Translations under genes and position numbers: made by a program
The notes under the pieces: model-generated
What the model saw: the letters and a program-made list of their open reading frames with translations, nothing else
What the model was told of the DNA's origin: nothing
Databases searched by the model: none
Shown here: positions 46,788 through 54,863 of the stretch, piece after piece
How the letters are laid out: each line of letters starts with the position of its first letter
Numbering within the stretch: position 1 is the first letter of the stretch
Virus record (IMG/VR): IMGVR_UViG_3300047678_000276
Location: 1-64,000 of that record
DNA: 64,000 bases
Reading direction: 5' to 3' (one strand)
Origin: a virus

Positions 46788-47030
46788 TTATGCTCTATAA
46801 AATCTTACATAAGTTAAATCCTTTGTGTATTCAACACGCAACTGATTTCCTGGACCACCCAAGCCCCAATACGCTCCGCCTTTATCATAAGCCGAATCTG
46901 AACTCATTGGAACTTTTCTGTCAAAGATTTTTTTGTCTGTTGGCTTTTCTGAAGGTAAGTTTGAACCTCTGCCCATTGGCGCACCGAATTTGCAGTTAAC
47001 AGGGTGAACGATTTTTGAAATTGCGTACAT
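46788..47030 (-). CDS. conserved hypothetical protein (GAPMGR...YD-x-GGAYWG)
   Basis: family motif; own promoter. Confidence 0.8.
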   Translation of the reverse strand: MYAISKIVHPVNCKFGAPMGRGSNLPSEKPTDKKIFDRKVPMSSDSAYDKGGAYWGLGGPGNQLRVEYTKDLTYVRFYRA

Positions 47031-47081
47031 TTGATTTTGGTTTGTTGGTTTATATGAGAATAGAAAGAAAATGTCAGAAAC

Positions 47082-47294
47082 TTAAAGAATTAAAACTTTA
47101 TAGTTATCAACTTTTTCATGTTCAATACCAAGCTTTGTTAACCCCTCACAAATGCGAACAGAATCCATGCTCTCAATCATCCAGCCTCTACCAGCTTTTA
47201 ACCGAGCATCATCCACATCAAGCGCATTAAACGCCTTAAGCATTCGTAGCCAATTCGATTTGCCTTTTTCCTTTGGTGCTAATAATACATCCAT
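47082..47294 (-). CDS. hypothetical protein
   Basis: stop in next motif. Confidence 0.68.
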   Translation of the reverse strand: MDVLLAPKEKGKSNWLRMLKAFNALDVDDARLKAGRGWMIESMDSVRICEGLTKLGIEHEKVDNYKVLIL

Positions 47295-47297
47295 ATC

Positions 47298-47468
47298 TTA
47301 TTTGTTTTTCTTTTTACGTTGTTCATTTGCGTATTCCTTTAGTCTTTTCTTTTCATAGAAATCTAAAAACTCCCCTTTTCTTTCTTTTCTTAAAAGGTCT
47401 TTAATTAGGTGGAAATACATGGTCGATTCGCCACGTGTTCTGAATGATTTTAAAATACTTGCTCTCAT
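47298..47468 (-). CDS. 56-aa basic protein (not in ORF track)
   Basis: promoter plus AACCAACC leader; MRASILKSF... Confidence 0.62.
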   Translation of the reverse strand: MRASILKSFRTRGESTMYFHLIKDLLRKERKGEFLDFYEKKRLKEYANEQRKKKNK

Positions 47469-47510
47469 GGTTGGTTGGTTTATATGAATAGAAACAAATG
47501 AAGGGAGAAC

Positions 47511-47831
47511 TTAAGATTTTCTTCTCCCTTTTTCAATAATTTTTGCAGTCAATTCCTTATCCTGATTAGGATTATAAGGGTCTGAAATTTCATAGATTGC
47601 AAGTCTGCACATCAAGGCATTTAATTGGTCATCATTTAATTCAGCAGCTCTCTGGCCCACCTCAAATAAAATGTCCCCAAATATCTGCAAAGGAATTCTT
47701 AATGCAAACCCCTCTTTTGAGTATTGTGCAATTTCTTTTAAAAGTCCAGGAGTGTTAACTCTCCACTGAAGTCCACTATCTTTTTCGACTTTGTCTTTGA
47801 ATTGTGCTTTTCGCTTAGGTTCTTTTGGCAT
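47511..47831 (-). CDS. hypothetical protein
   Basis: own promoter; stop in next motif. Confidence 0.75.
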   Translation of the reverse strand: MPKEPKRKAQFKDKVEKDSGLQWRVNTPGLLKEIAQYSKEGFALRIPLQIFGDILFEVGQRAAELNDDQLNALMCRLAIYEISDPYNPNQDKELTAKIIEKGRRKS

Positions 47832-47880
47832 GGTTGGTTGGTTTATATTAATAGAAAGGATTTAAGAGGAACTTAAAAAT

Positions 47881-48174
47881 TTACATATCCAAAAAGCTAA
47901 ATAAGCTTGGATGAATTTCTCTTGCTTGTTTTTCAGAAATGCGTTTGCACTTCTCTCTTAAATAATCATTATGAACCGACGTAGAACCAACGCCTGAGTT
48001 TCTTGTGTAAAATACTGCTCCAATGGCATCGTAATGAGCGCCATCTTTATTTATGCGCAATGTATCATCTAACACCGCAACAACGTTTCCTGAGTGATTT
48101 CCTGGATTCTTACGAGTCCCTTTATTTTTTTCAGTCTTATTTTCGTATTCTAAGAAAAATTTGATTCCGTTCAT
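47881..48174 (-). CDS. hypothetical protein (start corrected)
   Basis: own promoter. Confidence 0.75.
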   Translation of the reverse strand: MNGIKFFLEYENKTEKNKGTRKNPGNHSGNVVAVLDDTLRINKDGAHYDAIGAVFYTRNSGVGSTSVHNDYLREKCKRISEKQAREIHPSLFSFLDM

Positions 48175-48236
48175 GATTTCTTTGGTTGGTTGGTTATATT
48201 GGAATAGAAACAATTCAAGGGAGAACTTAAAAACTC

Positions 48237-48461
48237 CTATAAAGGAAATGCTTTAATGATTGCCTTAATTTCTTTTTTATAGCCCATCATAGCACACTTA
48301 ATAAAAAACTTACCATTCTCCTCTCTACCAAAACAAGTGCCTCCTAGTTGATTCATAATGATGTCATGAGCCTTTTGAGATACCTCAACTTGTGTATCAT
48401 ACTTCAACTTGAATGGTTGAGGGGTTATTTCGTTCATAAAATTTTGTCTTTCAATATCCAT
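48237..48461 (-). CDS. hypothetical protein
   Basis: own promoter. Confidence 0.72.
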   Translation of the reverse strand: MDIERQNFMNEITPQPFKLKYDTQVEVSQKAHDIIMNQLGGTCFGREENGKFFIKCAMMGYKKEIKAIIKAFPL

Positions 48462-48506
48462 GATTGGTTGGTTTTATAAATTAATAGAAAGATTATTGAT
48501 TGAAAC

Positions 48507-48863
48507 TTAATAACCCGTAACAATTATTCCTTGTCCTGATACTGATTGCTCACGTCCAAACGCATCCACAAAACGAATGAAGTTTGAACTTTGACTCAAA
48601 ATTGAGTCTGTTACAAATGTTTGGTGGTCGCCATAATTTATTACCTCGACTGTGTAAAACTTTTTGCCGTGCTTTTTTGAATTTGCATAAGTTACGCCAT
48701 TTAATGCGAACTTCGCCACAATAGCAATGATTGCTAATGCGAATACTACTTTAAACATTATTCCAAAATTATTCATAGTTTTTTTGTTTTTTTTAAACGC
48801 ATCATCAAACTCCTTATCAAAATTTTCGAATTCTTTATCGAATTTATCCCAGTCTGTGTGCAT
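48507..48863 (-). CDS. single-pass membrane protein
   Basis: one TM helix; stop in next motif. Confidence 0.75.
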   Translation of the reverse strand: MHTDWDKFDKEFENFDKEFDDAFKKNKKTMNNFGIMFKVVFALAIIAIVAKFALNGVTYANSKKHGKKFYTVEVINYGDHQTFVTDSILSQSSNFIRFVDAFGREQSVSGQGIIVTGY

Positions 48864-48918
48864 TTGGTTTAGTTTTGTTGGTTATATGAATAGAAACAAA
48901 TTGATTAAAACTTAAAAA

Positions 48919-49212
48919 TTATTCAGCCATTACATGAGCAAATAAAAACCCCTCTCTTTTCATTGTTCCATACAACTCACTCAATTCTTTTTTTTGCTCT
49001 AAACACTCCTTAATGATATTGTTATTGCTTGTTGCATAACTACGCTCCTCTAATTTTTTCATCATATTCTCAACATTCCATTCCAAGCAAATAAAAACCT
49101 CTCCCATCATAATAGACTTAACATCCATAAATGGTGCATTGTGTTTTACAAATTCAAATGTTGATTTTGAAACACGTACATTTATAAGTTTATATTCGCT
49201 GATTACTTTCAT
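48919..49212 (-). CDS. hypothetical protein
   Basis: own promoter. Confidence 0.72.
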   Translation of the reverse strand: MKVISEYKLINVRVSKSTFEFVKHNAPFMDVKSIMMGEVFICLEWNVENMMKKLEERSYATSNNNIIKECLEQKKELSELYGTMKREGFLFAHVMAE

Positions 49213-49271
49213 GGTTGGTTGGTTTATTGTAATAGAATCAAATCCAGTTAGAACTTAAAAAGTATTTGTTT

Positions 49272-49306
49272 TTAAGTTTGGCCCCCGAAACTTTCTATTG
49301 GTTAGC
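49272..49306 (+). repeat. inverted variant class I motif
   Basis: TTAAGTT-N15-TCTAT-TGGTTA-GC. Confidence 0.78.
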
Positions 49307-49386
49307 ACTTACAGATCCAGGATAAACAAAAGCGAGTCGGAACCACCCGACTCGCTACCTTTAGAAACCAAGAAACCAACTACACT

Positions 49387-49563
49387 TTATTTCCCCTTGC
49401 TCACCACTTTGTCAAGAATTTTGACGTGGTGAAAAATATGATGTTCTGACTTGCCATGCTCCGCCATGTGTTCTTCATAGTGAGTGCTTTCAGAGTCATT
49501 CATATACTCCAATACTTTTTTTAATGCTTTTATTTCTTTTGGTGTTAATGTGATTGTTTTCAT
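49387..49563 (-). CDS. 58-aa His-rich protein (predicted leaderless, not in ORF track)
   Basis: ATG 6 nt after TCTAT. Confidence 0.65.
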   Translation of the reverse strand: MKTITLTPKEIKALKKVLEYMNDSESTHYEEHMAEHGKSEHHIFHHVKILDKVVSKGK

Positions 49564-49592
49564 ATTGGTATAGAAAGATTATTGATTGAAAC

Positions 49593-50030
49593 TTAAAACT
49601 CATCTAACACATTTGTCATTTTAATGATATAATCAGAATGACACTCTGACACTTCAGTTATTGCCTTAATCAGAATACAATAGAACTTTTCATTATAAAA
49701 TTCCATTATGTTTTTTGGAAACTTTGAAGGCATGACATTATTAAGCATATCAGTTAATAACTTATGAGGTTTTCTATATTCGTTCAAATAATCTACTGGA
49801 CCCCAATGATAATTAATAGATATATTATATGGTTGAGTTTCATCAAAAATTATAAATACCCTTGCATCTATTGAAGAATTTTTTGGTACATAAGAAAATA
49901 CTCCATCTCCCTCTCCATACTCCATTGGATAGCCTGGATGAATGTGAGTACCCTCAAGTATATTAAGAGCATTTGAAATGTTCTTAAATAACTCTTTTGT
50001 TCTTGACTTTTCTAGTGTGGTTGTTTTCAT
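49593..50030 (-). CDS. hypothetical protein (predicted leaderless)
   Basis: ATG 6 nt after TCTAT; stop in next motif. Confidence 0.75.
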   Translation of the reverse strand: MKTTTLEKSRTKELFKNISNALNILEGTHIHPGYPMEYGEGDGVFSYVPKNSSIDARVFIIFDETQPYNISINYHWGPVDYLNEYRKPHKLLTDMLNNVMPSKFPKNIMEFYNEKFYCILIKAITEVSECHSDYIIKMTNVLDEF

Positions 50031-50058
50031 GTTTGAATAGAAAGGAAATGATCGAAAC

Positions 50059-50319
50059 TTAAAAATCTTTTGCAGTTACCAATTCCAATGCCATGTACAA
50101 TCCCAATGGCACATTGATTTGCATAACATCAACCGAGTTCATCATTTGGTCTGCAATCTTAACGCTATTGAAAAACTCAAACTTCATCTCCTTAATGTAT
50201 TTCAAACCTGTTTCAGTTACACCTGTTGCTTTTTCTCCTTCATCACCAACAAGCTGACGAATTGTTAAGAAATGGCTTAACTGTTCTTTTTTATGAATGA
50301 ATATCGAAACTGTGATCAT
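50059..50319 (-). CDS. hypothetical protein (predicted leaderless)
   Basis: ATG 6 nt after TCTAT; stop in next motif. Confidence 0.75.
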   Translation of the reverse strand: MITVSIFIHKKEQLSHFLTIRQLVGDEGEKATGVTETGLKYIKEMKFEFFNSVKIADQMMNSVDVMQINVPLGLYMALELVTAKDF

Positions 50320-50334
50320 ATGGTTATAGATAAT

Positions 50335-50613
50335 TTATTTGTTCAAACTTAAAAACTTCTCCTCATTCAATAAGTCAAACTTTCCTGTCCACCCTTTTAT
50401 CTTTGTCTCTCCCTCAGGATTACCAATGGCAATAATATCTTCGTTCTTAATGAACTCCCCAAGCGAATGATGCCCATAAAGAAAATGAACCAAAACTCTG
50501 TCCTCGTATACCTTTGTGATATTGGTAACTTGTATTTCAGTTGGCTCACCTCCGTGGTAATTAAATCCAAATGCGATAAAATCCCCTTCTTTTAAATCTG
50601 AAACTTTTTTCAT
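50335..50613 (-). CDS. hypothetical protein (start corrected)
   Basis: promoter plus AACCAACC leader. Confidence 0.75.
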   Translation of the reverse strand: MKKVSDLKEGDFIAFGFNYHGGEPTEIQVTNITKVYEDRVLVHFLYGHHSLGEFIKNEDIIAIGNPEGETKIKGWTGKFDLLNEEKFLSLNK

Positions 50614-50647
50614 TGTTGGTTGGTTTAAATGAATAGAAACAAAATGA

Positions 50648-50872
50648 TTAGAACTTAAAACTTTCAAAGTCAATTATTGTCCAATTAATTTCCCCGTTCT
50701 CCCAAGCCTCATTACCATCATTCTCAGCGTTCAGTATCTCTCTTGCTGAATCCATTAAGGCAGTCATCAAATCATCCTCAGAGGTGCTATCAGGCACTTC
50801 CACGTGATAAGGGTCAGTCCCTATGTATTCGCCGTTATGAACGAAACGTATATCTACTTTATAAACAATCAT
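50648..50872 (-). CDS. acidic hypothetical protein (start corrected)
   Basis: coupled to upstream small ORF. Confidence 0.68.
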   Translation of the reverse strand: MIVYKVDIRFVHNGEYIGTDPYHVEVPDSTSEDDLMTALMDSAREILNAENDGNEAWENGEINWTIIDFESFKF

Positions 50873-50873
50873 T

Positions 50874-51047
50874 TTATTTTTGTTTAATTGAGAATGGAAA
50901 CGCACCTTTGCCTTTTAAGCAACACACACGAATGAAAGACTTTGCTTTCTTGTCATCTCCACCGATGAACATTGTGTTTGTTCCGCCTGAATAGTTTGCT
51001 AAAACTCCGTAGTTGTTTGCTTGTTGAATGAATGCTAATTTTGACAT
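50874..51047 (-). CDS. 57-aa protein (not in ORF track)
   Basis: MSKLAFIQQANN...; own promoter. Confidence 0.62.
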   Translation of the reverse strand: MSKLAFIQQANNYGVLANYSGGTNTMFIGGDDKKAKSFIRVCCLKGKGAFPFSIKQK

Positions 51048-51108
51048 GGTTTATTTTTTTATGGTTTATAATTTAATAGAATGATTTTTGAGGGGAACTT
51101 AAAAAGAA

Positions 51109-51450
51109 TTATAATGAAGTTAGTTGACATTTTTCCCAATAAGTAGGTATAGACCTTTCTAATGTTTTCAAAAGTTCTTTACAAAATTTATCTCCCTTTT
51201 TTGCTTTAGACAACATAATAAAATGAGAATAGATAGCATTTCTAATAAGAGGGTTTAACTCTTTCATTTGCTCATCAGTTAAATGTTTAACATGAAAGTT
51301 CTCTATATTGTTTCTAACTGACAAAGCCAAACATTTTGCTACAAATTCTAATACGACTAATTCATCATCAGACAAAAGAGATAAATCGCTAAGCTTCTTT
51401 TTTGTTTTTGCTATATCTTTTTTAAGATTTTTTATGAAGTCTTTTGACAT
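51109..51450 (-). CDS. hypothetical protein
   Basis: own promoter; VRN-x-IE-x-FH...MKELN-x-x-IRNAIY...P-x-YWE. Confidence 0.78.
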   Translation of the reverse strand: MSKDFIKNLKKDIAKTKKKLSDLSLLSDDELVVLEFVAKCLALSVRNNIENFHVKHLTDEQMKELNPLIRNAIYSHFIMLSKAKKGDKFCKELLKTLERSIPTYWEKCQLTSL

Positions 51451-51503
51451 GGTTGGTTGGTTGGTTTAAATGAATAGAAAGAAAAATCCAGGAACTTAAA
51501 AAA

Positions 51504-51704
51504 TTATTTCTTAACCTCAACTCCCATAGATTTATAATACTCCTCACTCGTTAATGGCTTGGCATATGCTCTATGTTTGCAGTCAGGACACTCATAAGAA
51601 CCATGAAGTCCAATTCCAGCTTGCCACTCTCCAATGGTTGCATATCTTCCGCATCTGCATCGAGCGTGTGAGCTTGGCATTAAATTGTTGTTGTGTTTAC
51701 TCAT
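51504..51704 (-). CDS. small zinc-ribbon protein
   Basis: C-x-CG...CPDC. Confidence 0.7.
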   Translation of the reverse strand: MSKHNNNLMPSSHARCRCGRYATIGEWQAGIGLHGSYECPDCKHRAYAKPLTSEEYYKSMGVEVKK

Positions 51705-51802
51705 GGTTGGTTTGGTTTATCTATTGTAATAGAATAAAAAAAAGGGAAACTTAAAAAAATTTCCCTCTCCCAGATAAACAAAAATTTATAAACCCCTCTC
51801 CC

Positions 51803-52039
51803 TCAATTCTCAAACATTGGAACCGCCACATCAATAATAACAATATCACAATGATGGTCAACCAAATCATCTTGACGATAATTCACAATATCTCCCTCCA
51901 CAAGCCCATTATCATCCAAAACACTCCCTCCAATAGCAAACTTCTCCCCAGTCATAATATCCTTTAAAATGTGAGTTAAATCACTCCAGAGAAAATTAAT
52001 CTCTCCCTTTTTGGCTCTTAATAGAATTGCTTTTTTCAT
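51803..52039 (-). CDS. hypothetical protein
   Basis: own promoter. Confidence 0.7.
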   Translation of the reverse strand: MKKAILLRAKKGEINFLWSDLTHILKDIMTGEKFAIGGSVLDDNGLVEGDIVNYRQDDLVDHHCDIVIIDVAVPMFEN

Positions 52040-52293
52040 ATTGGTTGGTTTCTATTGTTATAGATAAATAACCCACCAAAACTTAAAAACTCTCCCTTTG
52101 CCATTTGCCCACCTTTTTGGATCTACACAAACTCCCACCAAAAGCGCTAACATATAGAAACAATAAGCCATAAACTTAAAAACTCTCCCCAATATAAAGT
52201 TATAAACATTCTGTCAACAAAAAAACCCCAAGCGATCTGCAAGGGGTTTTTAAAACTTAAAAAGAAAGGGGAATTTTAACTCCCCTCACTTTA

Positions 52294-52872
52294 TTAATCT
52301 TCGATGATGTAATTTGTACCTTTGAAAGTAAGTGCGATAATGTTTGTAAGTGTGATTGTTAAGCGAAAGAAATTATTTGCCTCGTCAACCAAACCACGAC
52401 CCGCTGTCTTTTTTTCAGCGAAGTAAGCAGGTGCAAACAAATTCTTTGCGATTGCATCCTCCTTAGAGATTTTTTTGCCTTCATTGTATAACCATACATT
52501 TACTTTTGCCTTTTTTTCTTGGTCGCATACCAAATACTCAACATTTGCATTTTTGTTCATAAAGGCTAAACAATTTGAGCCTTCAACAAAAGTCTTTCCA
52601 CTCATTTCCTGACTTTCAAAACCTACTTCATCCCCTTGCTTCTCTAAACGTGTATTAACACGATTTTCGTAATTAGAGCCGATTGTGATGTTTCTGAAAG
52701 TTAATTTTTGAAGTAAGCGTTTACCCTTTACTACACGACTGCCATATTCATCAGTGAACGCTACAATGTGAGCAAATGTTGTACCCTTGTGCTTTAATAA
52801 CATTTCACGTAATTCAGCAAGTGTAATTGTTTTTTGATTTTTTCTTTTACTTGTACGATTGATTTTAGCCAT
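52294..52872 (-). CDS. hypothetical protein (first gene of the leftward block)
   Basis: long ORF; tandem class I and class II (52974-53002) promoters. Confidence 0.82.
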   Translation of the reverse strand: MAKINRTSKRKNQKTITLAELREMLLKHKGTTFAHIVAFTDEYGSRVVKGKRLLQKLTFRNITIGSNYENRVNTRLEKQGDEVGFESQEMSGKTFVEGSNCLAFMNKNANVEYLVCDQEKKAKVNVWLYNEGKKISKEDAIAKNLFAPAYFAEKKTAGRGLVDEANNFFRLTITLTNIIALTFKGTNYIIED

Positions 52873-53044
52873 TTTTTCTTTTTTTTAAAGGTTTATATTG
52901 TTTGTTTATCTATTGTAATAGAACGTTATTTGTTTGAAACTTAAAAACTTTTTTGTTAACCTTATTGCAATAATTATACGAATTAGATACAAATAAGTTA
53001 CAAAGTAAATTGTTAAAATTTCAGATTGTCAATTAACGTGTTAT

Positions 53045-53235
53045 CTATTGTAATAGATATAAACCCACCCAAAACTTAAAAACTTTTCTTTTTAAGTTTC
53101 ACCCAAAAACTATCTATATGTTAGCACAAAAAAATAACCACATAATGATCAGCGCCAACATATAGAAACAAAAAACAATAAACTTAAAAACTCCTTTTTT
53201 TTAAGTTCATATAAAGATTATATCTATAACAATAG
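53045..53235. promoter_or_regulatory. divergence point with four class I motifs, two of them convergent variants
   Basis: motifs at about 53052(-), 53092-53125(+ variant), 53154-53187(- variant), 53201-53227(+). Confidence 0.75.
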
Positions 53236-53255
53236 AAACCAATCAAAACCAAAAT

Positions 53256-53552
53256 ATGAAAAAAATAACCACATTAGAACAATTACAAAAGGCAGTTGAG
53301 GGAACAAAATTCGCTCAGGACATGACAACCAGCATGAGCGTAAATGGTAACCCAATGCCACACGGATATTGGAATTTAATATGCTCTATTAGAGATTGTA
53401 AGCTCTACTCAAAAGGAATTAAACCAACTCGCAGTTGGAAGATTTCAGATGTGAAATGGTATTTCAGTGTGAGTGGTAGTGCTGAGAAAATTGCTGAAAC
53501 TTTGGAGATGTATAAAAATATCTTAGTGCCAGAGAAAAAAGAAGCTGCTTAA
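53256..53552 (+). CDS. hypothetical protein
   Basis: class I promoter on + strand with AACC leader. Confidence 0.8.
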   Translation: MKKITTLEQLQKAVEGTKFAQDMTTSMSVNGNPMPHGYWNLICSIRDCKLYSKGIKPTRSWKISDVKWYFSVSGSAEKIAETLEMYKNILVPEKKEAA

Positions 53553-53612
53553 TTGCAGTTTCTTTTTAAGTTTCAGTTAGTTTTCTATCTATAACAATAG
53601 AAACCAACCAAC

Positions 53613-53801
53613 ATGGCAAAGAATAAAAATAAAAAACTAAAAATTACAGCAGAACAAATCTATAACATAGAACGTACTGCTCGCAGACAAGCTGATATTG
53701 AAATGGGTGTCCCTTTCTTTAAACATAAAGCTCATAAGACTGCAAAAGACTACACACGAAAGCCAAAACATAAAAAATACATTGACAGAGGGGACGAATA
53801 A
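53613..53801 (+). CDS. small basic protein (C-terminal H-K-x-x-K-D-Y-x-R-K-x-K-H-K)
   Basis: class I promoter on + strand; ArfA-like basic tail by eye only. Confidence 0.72.
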   Translation: MAKNKNKKLKITAEQIYNIERTARRQADIEMGVPFFKHKAHKTAKDYTRKPKHKKYIDRGDE

Positions 53802-53815
53802 CCCCTCTGTCCTTA

Positions 53816-54097
53816 GTTAAGGGGTCTATATAAGGCTTTGACTTGACTAGGGGTCTAAAGATAGCCATAAGCCTATTAAGGGTCTTAATATAGGCAATTA
53901 GGGGTCTAATTTAGGGGTCTATCCTAATGGTGCTAATTTTGCGCCCTAGTTTAAGGTTCTGCCCTGGGGGCCACCCAGGCCTTCACACATTTTTTTCCCA
54001 ATTTTTTGTCCTAAATTCTCAACCAACGAAATAGCCAATATATTAGCTATTTAGACAATATATCGGTTATTTAGACAATATATTAGCTATTTAGACA
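53816..54097. repeat. iteron-like repeats, possible origin or packaging region
   Basis: about 5x TA(A/G)GGGTCT; 3x 20-nt CAATATATYRGYTATTTAGA at 54036-54095. Confidence 0.6.
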
Positions 54098-54227
54098 CCC
54101 ACCCCCTTTTCCTTTTGACCTCTAAATAAAGTGATCTGAAAAAAATTTTTCCAAAAAAAATCAGACATAAAAATCCAAAAAAATTATATGTAATTTTTTT
54201 TAATGTATTTATATAAAACAATATAAT

Positions 54228-54704
54228 ATGTTTAAGTGTAAAATATGCGGATGCGATGATATAGACATGTTCTATAAAACAAACAAATCTAACTGTAAAG
54301 TTTGTATTTCTAAACAAATGAAAACAAAATATACAACAATGTCTGCTTCAGACAAAAATGCATATAAAAATAAGCAAACAGTCTGGCAAGAAAACAATAT
54401 GTTAAAATATAGAATGTTAGTAGCAAAAGATAGGGCCAAAAAGAAAAAGATAGCATTCGATATTACAGAAGATTTTCTTTATGAATTATGGGATTTACAA
54501 AAAGGCAAGTGTTATTATTCTAAAATAGATTTAAGTCAAAAAATAAAAGACTTACATTCTGTGTCAATAGATAGAAAAGATAGCAATATTGGGTACACCA
54601 CGCAAAATACAGTCCTGTGTTCTAGTATAGTTAATAGCATGAAAAATGATTTAGATATTAATAAATTTAAAGAAGTAGTTAATATTCTACATAACAATCT
54701 TTAA
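54228..54704 (+). CDS. HNH-like endonuclease with N-terminal Zn finger
   Basis: C-x-x-C pairs; GKCYYS...SIDRKDS-x-x-GYT-x-x-N...VN-x-MK; TATTTATA upstream. Confidence 0.82.
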   Translation: MFKCKICGCDDIDMFYKTNKSNCKVCISKQMKTKYTTMSASDKNAYKNKQTVWQENNMLKYRMLVAKDRAKKKKIAFDITEDFLYELWDLQKGKCYYSKIDLSQKIKDLHSVSIDRKDSNIGYTTQNTVLCSSIVNSMKNDLDINKFKEVVNILHNNL

Positions 54705-54708
54705 TTAA

Positions 54709-54863
54709 GCGATTATTTTCTACTAAGACGACAAGTAATGTCGGAAATGGCGATTATTTTCCACTAAGAGGCTCTTTTAGGCGAATATTTTCTATTATAC
54801 CGAATCTGTATAGTTTATATGCAATGGCGTATAATTATACCAAATCTGTATAGTTTATATGCA
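54709..54863. repeat. two pairs of direct repeats
   Basis: GCGATTATTTTCYACTAAGA x2 and TTATACCRAATCTGTATAGTTTATATGCA x2. Confidence 0.7.

Larger units (their letters stand above)
7282..53187 (-). repeat. dispersed class I promoter-like motif TTAAGTT-N14/15-TCTAT, about 85 copies, one per gene
   Basis: Seen on + strand as ATAGA-N14/15-AACTTAA immediately upstream of almost every minus-strand ORF; + strand copies precede ORFs at 53256 and 53613. Confidence 0.92.

Noticed and set aside
4538-51754. The many + strand ORFs overlapping minus-strand genes, and alternate-frame minus ORFs such as 16801, 17201, 18278, 42735 and 46551
   Set aside because: Shadow frames of promoter-supported genes; no promoter motif or protein-like composition.
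7282-53187. CRISPR array or integron attC array as explanation for the repeated motif
   Set aside because: Units are whole genes of variable size, the motif is bipartite with a variable spacer, there are no RYYYAAC/GTTRRRY hairpin boxes, and no cas or integrase gene lies in the window.
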